A stretch of 64,000 nucleotides of DNA from Escherichia coli. Lineage in GTDB: Bacteria; Pseudomonadota; Gammaproteobacteria; Enterobacterales; Enterobacteriaceae. The notes under the pieces were generated by a model. That model saw only the letters and a program-made list of their open reading frames with translations. It was not told where the DNA came from and did no database searches. The stretch lies in the NCBI RefSeq assembly GCF_045037415.1, contig NZ_CP173438.1; one strand, written 5' to 3'. The translations under genes were made by a program, and so were the position numbers. Positions 24,856 to 37,615 of the stretch are shown piece by piece; within the stretch, counting starts at the first letter, position 1, and each line of letters starts with the position of its first letter.

Positions 24856-25380
24856 GTGTTGGATAAACTGCGTTCCCGTATTGTGCATTTGGGGCCATCT
24901 CTGTTGAGTGTACCGGTAAAACTGACGCCATTTGCGCTAAAACGCCAGGTTCTTGAGCAGGTCTTAAGCTGGCAATTCCGTCAGGCGCTGGATGATGGCG
25001 AGCTGGAGTTTCTTGAAGGTCGCTGGTTAAGTATTCATGTGCGTGATATTGACCTGCAATGGTTTACCTCGGTGGTGAATGGCAAACTGGTCGTTAGCCA
25101 GAACGCGCAAGCTGATGTGAGTTTTAGTGCCGACGCCAGCGATCTGCTGATGATTGCGGCGCGTAAACAAGATCCGGATACGCTCTTCTTCCAGCGTCGG
25201 CTGGTGATTGAAGGCGATACGGAGCTGGGGCTGTATGTGAAAAACCTGATGGACGCCATTGAACTGGAGCAAATGCCGAAAGCCTTACGCATGATGCTGC
25301 TGCAACTGGCGGATTTTGTTGAGGCGGGAATGAAAACCGCGCCTGAAACCAAACAGACATCGGTAGGTGAACCATGCTAA
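24856..25380 (+). CDS. ubiT: SCP2-domain lipid-binding protein UbiT (formerly YhbT)
   Basis: ORF 24832..25380; GTG at 24856 after GGGAG SD gives 174 aa (M)LDKLRSRIVHLGPSLLSVPVKLTPF... Confidence 0.85.
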   Translation: MLDKLRSRIVHLGPSLLSVPVKLTPFALKRQVLEQVLSWQFRQALDDGELEFLEGRWLSIHVRDIDLQWFTSVVNGKLVVSQNAQADVSFSADASDLLMIAARKQDPDTLFFQRRLVIEGDTELGLYVKNLMDAIELEQMPKALRMMLLQLADFVEAGMKTAPETKQTSVGEPC

Positions 25381-25877
25381 TTCGAGTAGAAATTCCCATT
25401 GATGCGCCGGGTATTGATGCCCTGCTGCGTCGTTCATTCGAAAGTGATGCGGAAGCGAAGCTGGTTCACGATCTGCGTGAAGATGGCTTTCTGACGCTGG
25501 GGCTGGTGGCGACAGATGACGAAGGTCAGGTCATTGGCTATGTGGCTTTTAGTCCGGTTGATGTGCAGGGCGAAGACCTGCAATGGGTCGGCATGGCACC
25601 GCTGGCGGTTGATGAAAAATACCGTGGACAGGGGCTGGCACGCCAACTGGTCTATGAAGGACTCGATTCGCTTAATGAGTTCGGCTATGCCGCAGTGGTG
25701 ACGCTGGGCGATCCGGCGCTGTACAGCCGTTTCGGCTTTGAACTGGCGGCGCATCACGATCTGCATTGCCGCTGGCCGGGCACTGAAAGCGCCTTCCAGG
25801 TACATCGTTTAGCGGATGACGCGCTGAACGGCGTAACTGGTCTGGTCGAGTATCACGAGCATTTCAATCGCTTTTAA
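25374..25877 (+). CDS. yhbS: GNAT-family N-acetyltransferase YhbS
   Basis: 167 aa [39 protein letters not shown]...; overlaps ubiT stop by 7 nt. Confidence 0.88.
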   Translation: MLIRVEIPIDAPGIDALLRRSFESDAEAKLVHDLREDGFLTLGLVATDDEGQVIGYVAFSPVDVQGEDLQWVGMAPLAVDEKYRGQGLARQLVYEGLDSLNEFGYAAVVTLGDPALYSRFGFELAAHHDLHCRWPGTESAFQVHRLADDALNGVTGLVEYHEHFNRF

Positions 25878-26166
25878 TCTCCGGGGTTTGCAGGCTGCTC
25901 AACAGTTCTGCAAACCCTGCGCCTTCCGTTACCAGACGCTCTTTTTGCCGTTTAGTCAGTTGTTTAACGCGATATTCCGCTCGTAGTGCCAGCGAACGGT
26001 CGCCCACTGGCGCGGAAAACGCCAGCGTTAGTTCTCCTTTCCCTCGCAGTGCTTTCGCCCCTTTGCCGCTTTGGTGCTGCTGATAGCGGCGTTCGACATC
26101 CGTGGTGATCCCGGTATAAAGCTTATTGTCGGCGGTACGGATCAAGTAAAGAAACCAGGGTGTCAT
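25864..26166 (-). CDS. yhbQ: GIY-YIG domain protein YhbQ (UPF0213)
   Basis: 100 aa [43 protein letters not shown]... Confidence 0.88.
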   Translation of the reverse strand: MTPWFLYLIRTADNKLYTGITTDVERRYQQHQSGKGAKALRGKGELTLAFSAPVGDRSLALRAEYRVKQLTKRQKERLVTEGAGFAELLSSLQTPEIKSD

Positions 26167-26216
26167 CGTCTGCGTCGCATGTTAAGGTCAGGCCCACAGT
26201 ATAAAAGAGAACAGCA

Positions 26217-26639
26217 ATGGAAACACTCACCGCCATCAGCCGTTGGCTGGCAAAACAACATGTTGTCACCTGGTGTGTGCAGCAGGAAGGGGAACTGTGG
26301 TGCGCCAATGCCTTTTATCTTTTTGATGCGCAGAAAGTCGCCTTCTACATTTTGACGGAAGAAAAAACGCGTCATGCGCAGATGAGCGGGCCGCAGGCGG
26401 CAATTGCCGGAACGGTAAACGGTCAGCCGAAAACGGTAGCGTTAATTCGCGGCGTGCAGTTTAAAGGTGAGATCCGCAGACTGGAAGGCGAGGAAAGCGA
26501 CCTCGCACGCAAGGCGTACAATCGTCGCTTTCCGGTTGCCAGAATGCTGTCGGCCCCGGTATGGGAAATCCGGCTCGATGAAATCAAATTCACCGACAAC
26601 ACGCTGGGCTTTGGTAAAAAAATGATTTGGCTACGTAAC

Positions 26640-26660
<21 letters not shown>
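26217..26660 (+). CDS. yhbP: UPF0306 protein YhbP (FMN-binding split-barrel-like)
   Basis: 147 aa [40 protein letters not shown]... Confidence 0.85.
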
Positions 26661-27195
<535 letters not shown>

Positions 27196-27196
27196 T

Positions 27197-27246
<50 letters not shown>

Positions 27247-27275
27247 TGGGGAGCGCAAGGCAGACAATTCTGTAA

Positions 27276-27921
<646 letters not shown>

Positions 27922-27993
27922 TTATTCCCAAGAATTGATAGTGAGCGTAATATTCACGCGCTCAATTATCATAACTTATTCCTGGGGAATGCT

Positions 27994-29034
27994 ATGACTG
28001 GTCAGTCTTCATCTCAGGCGGCAACGCCCATTCAGTGGTGGAAACCCGCGCTTTTCTTTCTCGTTGTCATTGCCGGTCTCTGGTATGTGAAATGGCAACC
28101 TTACTACGGCAAAGCGTTTACTGCTGCCGAAACCCACAGTATCGGTAAATCTATCCTTGCGCAGGCGGATGCTAATCCGTGGCAGGCGGCGTTGGATTAC
28201 GCGATGATCTATTTCCTCGCGGTATGGAAAGCGGCGGTGCTGGGGGTGATCCTCGGTTCGTTGATTCAGGTACTGATCCCGCGTGACTGGTTGTTGCGTA
28301 CGCTTGGGCAATCGCGCTTTCGCGGCACGCTGCTGGGAACGCTGTTTTCGCTGCCGGGTATGATGTGTACCTGCTGTGCGGCTCCGGTCGCGGCGGGAAT
28401 GCGTCGCCAACAGGTGTCGATGGGCGGTGCGCTGGCATTCTGGATGGGGAATCCGTTGTTAAACCCGGCGACGCTGGTGTTTATGGGGTTCGTCCTCGGC
28501 TGGGGTTTTGCGGCGATTCGTCTGGTGGCGGGGCTGGTGATGGTGTTGCTGATTGCGACGCTGGTGCAAAAATGGGTGCGTGAAACACCGCAAACGCAGG
28601 CACCGGTCGAAATTGATATACCGGAAGCACAGGGAGGATTTTTTAGCCGCTGGGGCAGGGCGCTATGGACGCTTTTCTGGAGTACGATCCCGGTTTACAT
28701 CCTTGCAGTACTGGTGTTGGGTGCCGCTCGCGTCTGGTTATTCCCCCATGCCGATGGTGCTGTCGATAACAGCCTGATGTGGGTGGTGGCGATGGCGGTG
28801 GCAGGATGCTTGTTTGTCATTCCCACGGCAGCAGAAATTCCGATTGTACAAACGATGATGCTGGCAGGTATGGGAACTGCTCCGGCGCTGGCATTGTTGA
28901 TGACGCTCCCGGCGGTGAGTTTGCCGTCACTGATTATGCTGCGCAAAGCGTTCCCGGCGAAAGCCTTATGGCTGACGGGGGCGATGGTGGCAGTGTCTGG
29001 TGTGATTGTCGGCGGGCTGGCGCTGTTAGTTTGA
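27994..29034 (+). CDS. yraQ: inner-membrane permease YraQ
   Basis: 346 aa hydrophobic ORF MTGQSSSQAATPIQWWKPALFFLVVIAGLWYVKW... Confidence 0.88.
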   Translation: MTGQSSSQAATPIQWWKPALFFLVVIAGLWYVKWQPYYGKAFTAAETHSIGKSILAQADANPWQAALDYAMIYFLAVWKAAVLGVILGSLIQVLIPRDWLLRTLGQSRFRGTLLGTLFSLPGMMCTCCAAPVAAGMRRQQVSMGGALAFWMGNPLLNPATLVFMGFVLGWGFAAIRLVAGLVMVLLIATLVQKWVRETPQTQAPVEIDIPEAQGGFFSRWGRALWTLFWSTIPVYILAVLVLGAARVWLFPHADGAVDNSLMWVVAMAVAGCLFVIPTAAEIPIVQTMMLAGMGTAPALALLMTLPAVSLPSLIMLRKAFPAKALWLTGAMVAVSGVIVGGLALLV

Positions 29035-29050
29035 TTTGAGGGAAAACATG

Positions 29051-29135
29051 TCGGATGCGGCGTAAACGCCTTATCCGACCTACGGTTTGCATCGTTGTAG
29101 GCCTGATAAGACGCTGCAAGCGTCGCATCAGGCAT
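29051..29135. repeat. REP/BIME pair in yraQ-dolP spacer
   Basis: TCGGATGCGGCGTAAACGCCTTATCCGACCTACG and GTAGGCCTGATAAGACGCTGCAAGCGTCGCATCAGGC. Confidence 0.75.
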
Positions 29136-29146
29136 TACAAGGGCTG

Positions 29147-29722
29147 CTATTTAATAAACGTAAACGCCGTAGTTACCCGCTTCACGCCGCTTACCCGGCT
29201 GGCAATATCTGCCGCCGCTTTCGCTTCACGTTCAGTCACCAGCCCCATCAGGAACACTTCACCGTTTTCGGTGGTCACTTTCACGTTGGACGATTTCACC
29301 AGGTCGCTGGTTAACAGCTGCGAACGTACTTTGGTGGTGATCCACGTATCGTTAGACGCTTCGCCCAGACCAATCGGCTGGCCCTGACGAATCTCGTTAT
29401 ACACTTCGTTGGCACCGTCTACGCCCATAGCAATCTGTTTGGCGCGAGCCGAAAGTTCAGCGTTTGGTGACTGCCCAACCAGCAGCACTTTGCCCTGATA
29501 GGCCGTTACATTAATGCGCGCTTCTTTCTTAATTTGTTCGTCTTTCGACAATGCGCTGTTCACGCGCACTTCCAAGGTACCATCGTCTACCTGGGTGCCG
29601 ACACTGCGTGGGTCAGTTGCGGCTTTGGTACCCACAGCAGCAGTACCCACTACGGCAGCGGCAACACAACCTTGCAACAGCAGCGCGGAAATAAGGACTG
29701 CGATTGGCGATAATGCCTTCAT
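29147..29722 (-). CDS. dolP: BON-domain outer-membrane lipoprotein DolP (YraP)
   Basis: 191 aa ORF MKALSPIAVLISALLLQGCVAAAVVGT... with lipobox LQGC. Confidence 0.92.
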   Translation of the reverse strand: MKALSPIAVLISALLLQGCVAAAVVGTAAVGTKAATDPRSVGTQVDDGTLEVRVNSALSKDEQIKKEARINVTAYQGKVLLVGQSPNAELSARAKQIAMGVDGANEVYNEIRQGQPIGLGEASNDTWITTKVRSQLLTSDLVKSSNVKVTTENGEVFLMGLVTEREAKAAADIASRVSGVKRVTTAFTFIK

Positions 29723-29731
29723 GTATTCTCC

Positions 29732-30322
29732 TTAAACATCCTGGTGAGGGAAAAGCGTGTTATCGATCAGATCGCACAGGCAATTTACCGTCAGCATATG
29801 CATTTCCTGAATGCGAGCACTACGATGCGAAGGAATGCGGATCTCCACATCCTGTGGCCCTAACAAACCTGCAAGTTCACCGCCGTCATAGCCGGTTAAT
29901 GCCACAATGGTCATATCACGCGTAACGGCAGCTTCTACCGCTTTTACAATATCGCGGCTGTTGCCACGGGTGGAAATGGCTAACAATACATCTCCCGCAT
30001 GACCCAGCGCCCGCACCTGTTTTGCATACACTTCATCATGTAAGCGATCGTTGGCAATTGCCGTTAAGACAACATTATCAGTATTTAGTGCAATGGCAGG
30101 TAAGCTGGGCCGCTCCGTTTCGAAACGGTTGATCATGCTGGCAGCAAAATGCTGTGCATTGGCAGCGGAAGTTCCATTACCACAACAGAGGATTTTGTTG
30201 CCATTGAGCAGAGACTGAACCAGCGTCATGGCTGCACGGGAGATGGCATCCGGAAGCGCCTCTGCCGCCGCAATTTGAGTTTGAATGCTTTCAGTGAAGC
30301 AAGCTTTAATTCTTTCTTGCAC
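29732..30322 (-). CDS. diaA: DnaA initiator-associating protein DiaA (SIS domain)
   Basis: 196 aa [62 protein letters not shown]... Confidence 0.93.
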
Positions 30323-30341
30323 GCTAATCCTTAAACCTTAA

Positions 30342-30737
30342 TTATGAGTGGTCATTAAAGGCATCCTTAATCCACTCAACCTCATTCCCGGTGAAGGCTA
30401 CCACATCGAACCGGCAATCCACAGTATCAAAACTCCCATTATGACGCGCGAGCCACAAACGGGCAGTCTGTAATAATTTGTGTTGTTTGCTGCGGGTCAC
30501 ACTGGCTGCCGCGCCGCCATAAAGCGCAGAGCGGCGGTAACGCACCTCGATAAAAACGGTGGTCCGGCCTTCACGCATTATCAGATCGATCTCGCCGCCA
30601 CGCTCGTTCACGTTAGCGGCGATAAACCGTAGTCCTTTGCCTTCCAGCCAGCGACGCGCTTGTGCTTCCCACGCATCGCCGGTCTGTTTGGTGGTTAACT
30701 GGCGGGGACTACCTGACCTTGTTGGTACTGTAGCCAT
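30342..30737 (-). CDS. yraN: UPF0102 protein YraN
   Basis: 131 aa [57 protein letters not shown]... Confidence 0.9.
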
Positions 30738-32731
30738 GATAACTTCCTGTTAATCACGCAATCCGGGCTTGCCGTCAGGCTTCCGGTATTACCGTTGATT
30801 TCAAAACCCTGAACCTGGCGCATTTGTGAGAAATGATTTGCCAACGACCAGGCATCGACACCCATCGCATACATGCGAGCCAGCGAATAATCGTTGTTCA
30901 CCGCGCTGAGCGCCTGCTGCATTAACGGCAGATTACCGCCTGCCAGCATCGGGATTTCGCTGTACTGCAAGCCTTCCATCTCCAGGCGGAAATCCGGGCC
31001 AGCGGTCCCTTGCGCACTGCGGGAACTGGCGTACAGCGTTGCACCGCTCTGGCTACCGTTACGCATGGCGATCATCGGTTTGATAAAAGCGATTTCACCC
31101 GGCGTTGCCACAATGTACACCGCATCGACACGACCGCCATTATTGGTGAACTGGTCATCGGTTGGCGTGGTTTGCAGCGTTGGATTGTTGGTCGTCATGC
31201 CGGAGTCGGTTGTCGCTCTGGGAGTAATCGGGCTACCCGTTAAAGCAATACCAGAACCGCCGTTAACACCCGCGCGTAATTCGCTGGTGGAACCAAATTT
31301 TTGTTGCAGAACGGTGCCGCCACCCAGTTTCTGCCACTCTTGCGCAAACGCATTGGCTACGCGATCGCCCAATGAACTGCGCGGGATCAGCACCAGCGGC
31401 GCTTGTTTACCCTGGTCACGAATATGACGCGCTGCATCGCGCGCTTCGTCTTCTGGCGAAAGCGCGAAGTAACAAATATTGACGCGGTTTTCGATATTCT
31501 CCGGCTGGTTCAGTGCCAGCACGTTCAGCGGGGTGTTGCTCTTCAGCAACTCTTCAACGTTATTTTTCAGCAACGGACCGACCACAATACTCGCACCATC
31601 CTGCTGAACCTGGCTTAAGATCTGGCTAAGTGGTTGTGATGAGGTATCGTAGATTTTCAGCTCTGCGGATGGATTTGCGGGTGCGTTTACCGCTGCGGTG
31701 CTTGTCGCCGGGGCGCTTACAGGTACCGGCTGGGCCGCAGGCTGTTCACCGGTCAGATCGCTAACCGAAGCTTGTGCCGGGCTGGCAACGCCATCCACGG
31801 TTTGCGGCTGAGGTTGTTCTGCTACGTCTGCGGCAGGTGCGGCAGCTACCTGGGCCGCCACTGGCTGAGTGCCGATATTTTTCGCCGCTTCAAAGCCTTG
31901 CTGAATAGTGCGACCAAATACCGCTGCCTGGCCATTCAGCGGCAACAGCAGGGCGATTTTGTTGGTCGATGCTGGTTTAAACGCTTTTACGTTAACCAAC
32001 TGCGTTGGCAGCATTTTCGCGCCCGGGTTGTTCGGATAACGTTTCTGCCAGTCGGCGATCCCAGCTTTCATCATGTCAGGATCGTTACGGTTATCAAACC
32101 AGACGCGCTGCAAATCCAGCCAGCCTTGCAGAATATTTTCGTCGGCGTTGATCACCAGCGTATTCGCCTGCTCCTGAGTCATGGAGGAGAGCGCCTGCCA
32201 TGTGGCGTCAATATTCTGCTGCTTTTCTTTCGCACCGAGCAGCGGTTCCTGAGCAATTAACGCGCGCAGTAAATCAATGGAAGGACGCCCCTGGCTGGCA
32301 TCGATTTTTGCCTGCCAGTAACGGGCTTGCTGGTTTTGTTCTAAATCGGCAGGTGTGATTTTCGCCAGCAAGTTTTGCGCGCCAGCAAAATCTTTCTGCG
32401 CCAGTTTAATCTCTGCCGCCAGCAGTGTTTTCTCGCGACGCTGATTATCATTCAGTTCTTGCGGTAGTTGGTTAACCAACTCAACCGCCTGCCCGGTTTT
32501 ACCTTCTTTCACCAGTGCACGAATGGCGAGTAATTGCCAGTTGATCCTGGTATCATCAGAACTTTGCTGCATCTGTTGCAGGTAAAAAGCAGAATCAGCC
32601 TGCGCCGTGCCCTGCATATAAGCAGTGGACTGATCGGGAGTATGGGTGCCACAACCGGCGAAAATCAGGGCTGCCAAAACAACAGGCAGACAACGCGCGG
32701 CTTTCAAACGAGAAAATGTTGAGGGTACCAT
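30695..32731 (-). CDS. lpoA: penicillin-binding protein 1A activator lipoprotein LpoA
   Basis: ORF 30695..32761; ATG at 32731 gives 678 aa [28 protein letters not shown]... with lipobox FAGC; 3' end overlaps yraN start by 43 nt. Confidence 0.9.
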
Positions 32732-32795
32732 AATGTATCCAGTGATATTTTTTTTACGCAATGCTCAATATTAAATCGGCAATACGGACGACACA

Positions 32796-33659
32796 ATGAA
32801 ACAACACCAATCGGCGGATAATTCTCAGGGGCAGCTTTACATTGTACCGACGCCAATCGGCAATCTGGCGGATATCACCCAGCGTGCATTAGAGGTATTA
32901 CAGGCCGTTGATCTGATTGCCGCCGAGGATACGCGTCACACCGGTTTATTGCTGCAACATTTTGGGATTAATGCCCGGTTGTTTGCGCTGCACGATCATA
33001 ACGAACAACAAAAAGCCGAAACGCTGCTGGCGAAGCTGCAAGAGGGGCAAAACATTGCGCTGGTTTCCGATGCCGGAACGCCGCTAATTAACGATCCTGG
33101 CTACCATCTGGTGCGTACCTGTCGTGAAGCGGGGATTCGCGTGGTGCCGCTACCAGGGCCGTGTGCTGCTATCACTGCGTTAAGCGCCGCGGGTTTACCA
33201 TCCGATCGTTTTTGTTATGAAGGCTTTTTACCTGCCAAATCAAAAGGCCGCCGTGATGCGCTAAAAGCTATTGAAGCGGAGCCGCGCACGCTGATTTTTT
33301 ATGAATCTACCCACCGTCTGTTAGATAGCCTGGAAGATATTGTTGCGGTATTAGGCGAATCCCGTTACGTGGTTCTGGCGCGTGAGCTAACCAAAACCTG
33401 GGAAACCATTCACGGCGCGCCCGTTGGCGAGCTGCTGGCGTGGGTAAAAGAAGATGAAAACCGTCGCAAAGGCGAAATGGTGCTGATTGTCGAAGGCCAT
33501 AAAGCGCAGGAAGATGACCTGCCTGCTGATGCCCTGCGCACGCTGGCGCTGTTACAGGCAGAACTGCCGCTGAAAAAAGCGGCGGCGCTGGCCGCAGAAA
33601 TTCACGGCGTGAAGAAAAATGCGCTGTATAAGTATGCGCTGGAGCAGCAGGGAGAGTGA
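32796..33659 (+). CDS. rsmI: 16S rRNA (cytidine1402-2'-O)-methyltransferase RsmI
   Basis: 287 aa [52 protein letters not shown]... Confidence 0.93.
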   Translation: MKQHQSADNSQGQLYIVPTPIGNLADITQRALEVLQAVDLIAAEDTRHTGLLLQHFGINARLFALHDHNEQQKAETLLAKLQEGQNIALVSDAGTPLINDPGYHLVRTCREAGIRVVPLPGPCAAITALSAAGLPSDRFCYEGFLPAKSKGRRDALKAIEAEPRTLIFYESTHRLLDSLEDIVAVLGESRYVVLARELTKTWETIHGAPVGELLAWVKEDENRRKGEMVLIVEGHKAQEDDLPADALRTLALLQAELPLKKAAALAAEIHGVKKNALYKYALEQQGE

Positions 33660-33662
33660 TTA

Positions 33663-33698
33663 CAGGCGTCGCAGCAGGAATAGCGCTGCAACGCCTGT
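33663..33698. terminator. near-perfect 13-bp inverted repeat hairpin between convergent rsmI and agaI (putative bidirectional terminator)
   Basis: CAGGCGTCGCAGC-aggaatagc-GCTGCAACGCCTG, 12 of 13 pairs; no strong T-run. Confidence 0.4.
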
Positions 33699-33708
33699 AC
33701 CAGGCGAG

Positions 33709-34476
33709 TTAACGACGACACATTTCATCAATCACGCATGTGAAATGGTTATGCAGCCATAAAAATGAAGCCGGGATAGCGGTGGAGACTTTAGCCGTGA
33801 GAAAACGTTCTGTCGCATCCTGTTTTCCTTCGCCAGTTATCAGTAACAAAACTTCGCGGGCATTGAGAATATCCTTCAGGCCTAAGGTGATCCCACGAGT
33901 CACGGGACGGTCAGCGGTTTTTAACATCTCATGTTGCTGTGTTCTGGCATCAAGTTGACTGATATGGCAGGCCGGTTGCAGGCTTTCTCCCGGTTCGTTC
34001 AGCCCAAGATGACCGTTTTTCCCCAATCCGAGAACGCATAAGTCCAGACCGCCTTTGCGCGCAATCAGGTTCGTTACCCGTTCGCACTCTGTCTCATTTA
34101 TCTCTTCGGAGTGAAAGCTGATGAGCTGGTCTTCACGTAGCCCCAGCGGCTGCACGATATGCTGTTGAAGGAAAGTTTCGCAGGTACCAGGCATCGTTAA
34201 TGGCAGATCCACCCATTCGTCGAGCTTCACGAAGGTGAGCTGGCTGACATCAACCTGCTGCTGGTGGATTTTTTCTACCAAATAATGATACGTCAGTAAT
34301 GGCGTGGCTCCGGTCGCCAGGCAAATCACGGCATCCGGTTTGCTACGGATCACGGCCAATAAATATTCGCTGGCACGTTCACTTAACGCCGTATAGTTTT
34401 CAACTTGTTGAAGGGTTTGCACAGGATGAAATTCCTTAAGTAAAGAGGCACCGCCAGACGCGGTGCCTCGTTCCAT
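33709..34476 (-). CDS. agaI: putative galactosamine-6-phosphate deaminase/isomerase AgaI (NagB family)
   Basis: 255 aa ORF MERGTASGGASLLKEFHPVQTLQQVENYTALSERASEYLLAVIRSKPDAVICLATGATPL... Confidence 0.88.
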   Translation of the reverse strand: MERGTASGGASLLKEFHPVQTLQQVENYTALSERASEYLLAVIRSKPDAVICLATGATPLLTYHYLVEKIHQQQVDVSQLTFVKLDEWVDLPLTMPGTCETFLQQHIVQPLGLREDQLISFHSEEINETECERVTNLIARKGGLDLCVLGLGKNGHLGLNEPGESLQPACHISQLDARTQQHEMLKTADRPVTRGITLGLKDILNAREVLLLITGEGKQDATERFLTAKVSTAIPASFLWLHNHFTCVIDEMCRR

Positions 34477-35268
34477 TTACAAAATGCCGAATGCAGAACA
34501 AACAATAGAAAGAACAAACGTCACGCCGATTAACAGCACCGGATGCGCTTTTTTCACCCGCAGGAAGTAATACATCAGCAGGGTGTAGGCCATCGGTAAA
34601 ATATTCGGGAAGACTTTATCGAAGAAATCCTGCTGCAGCGCGACGCTGTGGGTACTGTCGATGGCAAACGATGTCACCACGTTAATATGCACATACGAAG
34701 CGATCAGCCCGCCGATTACTGTGATCCCGAGGATGGTTGCCGAACGGGCAATCATCTGCGAGTTCTCTCGCACTTTATCAATAGCCTTCACGCCGACTGA
34801 ATAACCGACGTGGGTCCAGCCGACGCGCAGGAAAAAGATAAGCAGGTAAACGGCGAAAAACAAAATCGGTCCCAACAGGTTCCCCTGACTGGCAAACGAT
34901 GAGCAAATCCCCGCCATAATCGGCAACAAAGTAAACCAGAAAATCGCATCGCCAATCCCGGCGATTGGGCCAAACAGTGCCACTTTGAGGCCTTTAATGG
35001 TGTCGCGGTTTTCTCCTTTTTCTTCCATCGAAATTAATAACCCCATCAGAAATCCGACCAGATTAGGGTGGGTATTAATAAATTCGAGGTTATCTTTCAT
35101 CGCCGCGCTTAGGCCCGGTTTGTCGTTCTTATAAATCTTTTTCAGGATCGGCAACATCGCCCAGGTAAAACCGCCCGCCTGCATCCTTTCGTAGTTAAAG
35201 CTTGCTTGTAGCAGTGACGAACGAAAGCCCAGACGGGTGATATCTTTTTTACTGATTTCAGATCCCAT
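34477..35268 (-). CDS. agaD: PTS mannose-family IID component (galactosamine-specific)
   Basis: ORF 34477..35415; ATG at 35268 gives 263 aa MGSEISKKDITRLGFRSSLLQASFNYERMQAGGF... Confidence 0.9.
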   Translation of the reverse strand: MGSEISKKDITRLGFRSSLLQASFNYERMQAGGFTWAMLPILKKIYKNDKPGLSAAMKDNLEFINTHPNLVGFLMGLLISMEEKGENRDTIKGLKVALFGPIAGIGDAIFWFTLLPIMAGICSSFASQGNLLGPILFFAVYLLIFFLRVGWTHVGYSVGVKAIDKVRENSQMIARSATILGITVIGGLIASYVHINVVTSFAIDSTHSVALQQDFFDKVFPNILPMAYTLLMYYFLRVKKAHPVLLIGVTFVLSIVCSAFGIL

Positions 35269-36061
35269 TGCTGTAGTCCTCTTCTTCATTTTTACTGGCA
35301 ACGGGCTGCGGTTGCGCTTGCTGCCGGGATTTCGCATTGAAAAACTCATACACCGCAAAGCCTGCGCCCAGCACGGCAACCGGCAACAGGTTGCTGACCT
35401 GGATGTAGCAAACAAACAGGAAACCGGCGATCAGGTAAGGGATATATTGCGCTTTGAACATCACGCGCAGCAGCAAGCCAAAACCAACGGCAGGCAGAAT
35501 ACCGCCAGCCACTTCAAAGCCGTGGGTCAGCCAGGCGGGCATCGCTTTCACCAGCGCCTGCATCGCCCCTTGTGCCAGGTAAGTACAGAGGAAAGCAATC
35601 ACCGCATACGCTGAAGCGACGATGAGCATCGTTGTCCAGTTAAGTCGGGAAAACGCTGCCGTATCCGCCTCTTTCGCGCATTTATCGGCTTTGGTCATAA
35701 ATAATGAGAAAGCGGAATAGAAGAACAGAATGACGTACTGCATTAACAAACTAAACGGCAGGCCAAGACCAATTGCCGTTTTGGCATCAACGCCCGTAGA
35801 CCATGCAATGACGGTGGTCATCAGACCCGCCATAATAGGGTTGGGCGGCTGAACACCACCTGCAGGGGTTAATCCGGCGAAAGCCAACTCTGTCAGGCCT
35901 CCGGTAATTAAGCCAGTCTGAATATCACCGAGAATAGCACCTGTAAGGGTACAAACGATTATCGGGCGGAATAAAAATAAGGCTTCCAGCCAAAAATCAA
36001 TCCCCAGAACGAAAACTAACGCCGCCAGGGATAATCCCTGGAGTAGGGTTATTTCATGCAT
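35258..36061 (-). CDS. agaC: PTS mannose-family IIC component (galactosamine-specific)
   Basis: 267 aa hydrophobic ORF MHEITLLQGLSLAALVFVLGIDFWLEALF...; overlaps agaD start by 11 nt. Confidence 0.9.
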   Translation of the reverse strand: MHEITLLQGLSLAALVFVLGIDFWLEALFLFRPIIVCTLTGAILGDIQTGLITGGLTELAFAGLTPAGGVQPPNPIMAGLMTTVIAWSTGVDAKTAIGLGLPFSLLMQYVILFFYSAFSLFMTKADKCAKEADTAAFSRLNWTTMLIVASAYAVIAFLCTYLAQGAMQALVKAMPAWLTHGFEVAGGILPAVGFGLLLRVMFKAQYIPYLIAGFLFVCYIQVSNLLPVAVLGAGFAVYEFFNAKSRQQAQPQPVASKNEEEDYSNGI

Positions 36062-36099
36062 TTTTATTACCTCAAACCAATATTAAGGCGATTTCAGAT

Positions 36100-36576
36100 T
36101 TAGTCAGGGATTTGTTCTTTTTGATCGCCAGGAACGTCCTGAATGAAAACATTCACGCCACGTTGTTTAATATAACGTAAGTCCGTGAGATCCTGGTCAT
36201 CGACATAAACTTTACTGCTGATTTGCTTTTTCCCTTCCGAGAAATGCATATTGCCGACGTTGACATCTTTCAGGTCAATACCACCTTCTACCAATTTACG
36301 TACCGTTTGTGGCGTACGGCAAATCAGGAAGATCTTCTGATGTGGTGCAGCTTTGCCGATGACGTTAATGGTTTTTTCGATAGTAAAGAAACGAATGCCA
36401 AAGCCGTAGGTTTCTGCGGTAATACCCATTAATTTCTGTTGAATATCATCGTTAGCGACAACATCATCCACGACTACCAACAGATTCGCACCGATGGTGG
36501 ATGTCCAGGTCACGCCAACCTGACCGTGAACCAGACGGTTATCAATACGGGTTAAGAGAATATTTGGACTGCTCAT
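36100..36576 (-). CDS. agaB: PTS mannose-family IIB component (galactosamine-specific)
   Basis: 158 aa ORF MSSPNILLTRIDNRLVHGQVGVTWTSTIGANLLVVVDD... Confidence 0.9.
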   Translation of the reverse strand: MSSPNILLTRIDNRLVHGQVGVTWTSTIGANLLVVVDDVVANDDIQQKLMGITAETYGFGIRFFTIEKTINVIGKAAPHQKIFLICRTPQTVRKLVEGGIDLKDVNVGNMHFSEGKKQISSKVYVDDQDLTDLRYIKQRGVNVFIQDVPGDQKEQIPD

Positions 36577-36742
36577 TGTGTAATCCTCACCATAAAGTTG
36601 AATAATATAATATTTTTAAATATATTATTGTTGCGATATTGTACTGATGTATTTATTAATGTTTGGTTATCTCCTTTGCCATTAAGGTACTACCCGATAT
36701 TAATCGGGCAGTGCATTCTGAAAAAACGTATAAAATTAATGA

Positions 36743-37615
<873 letters not shown>

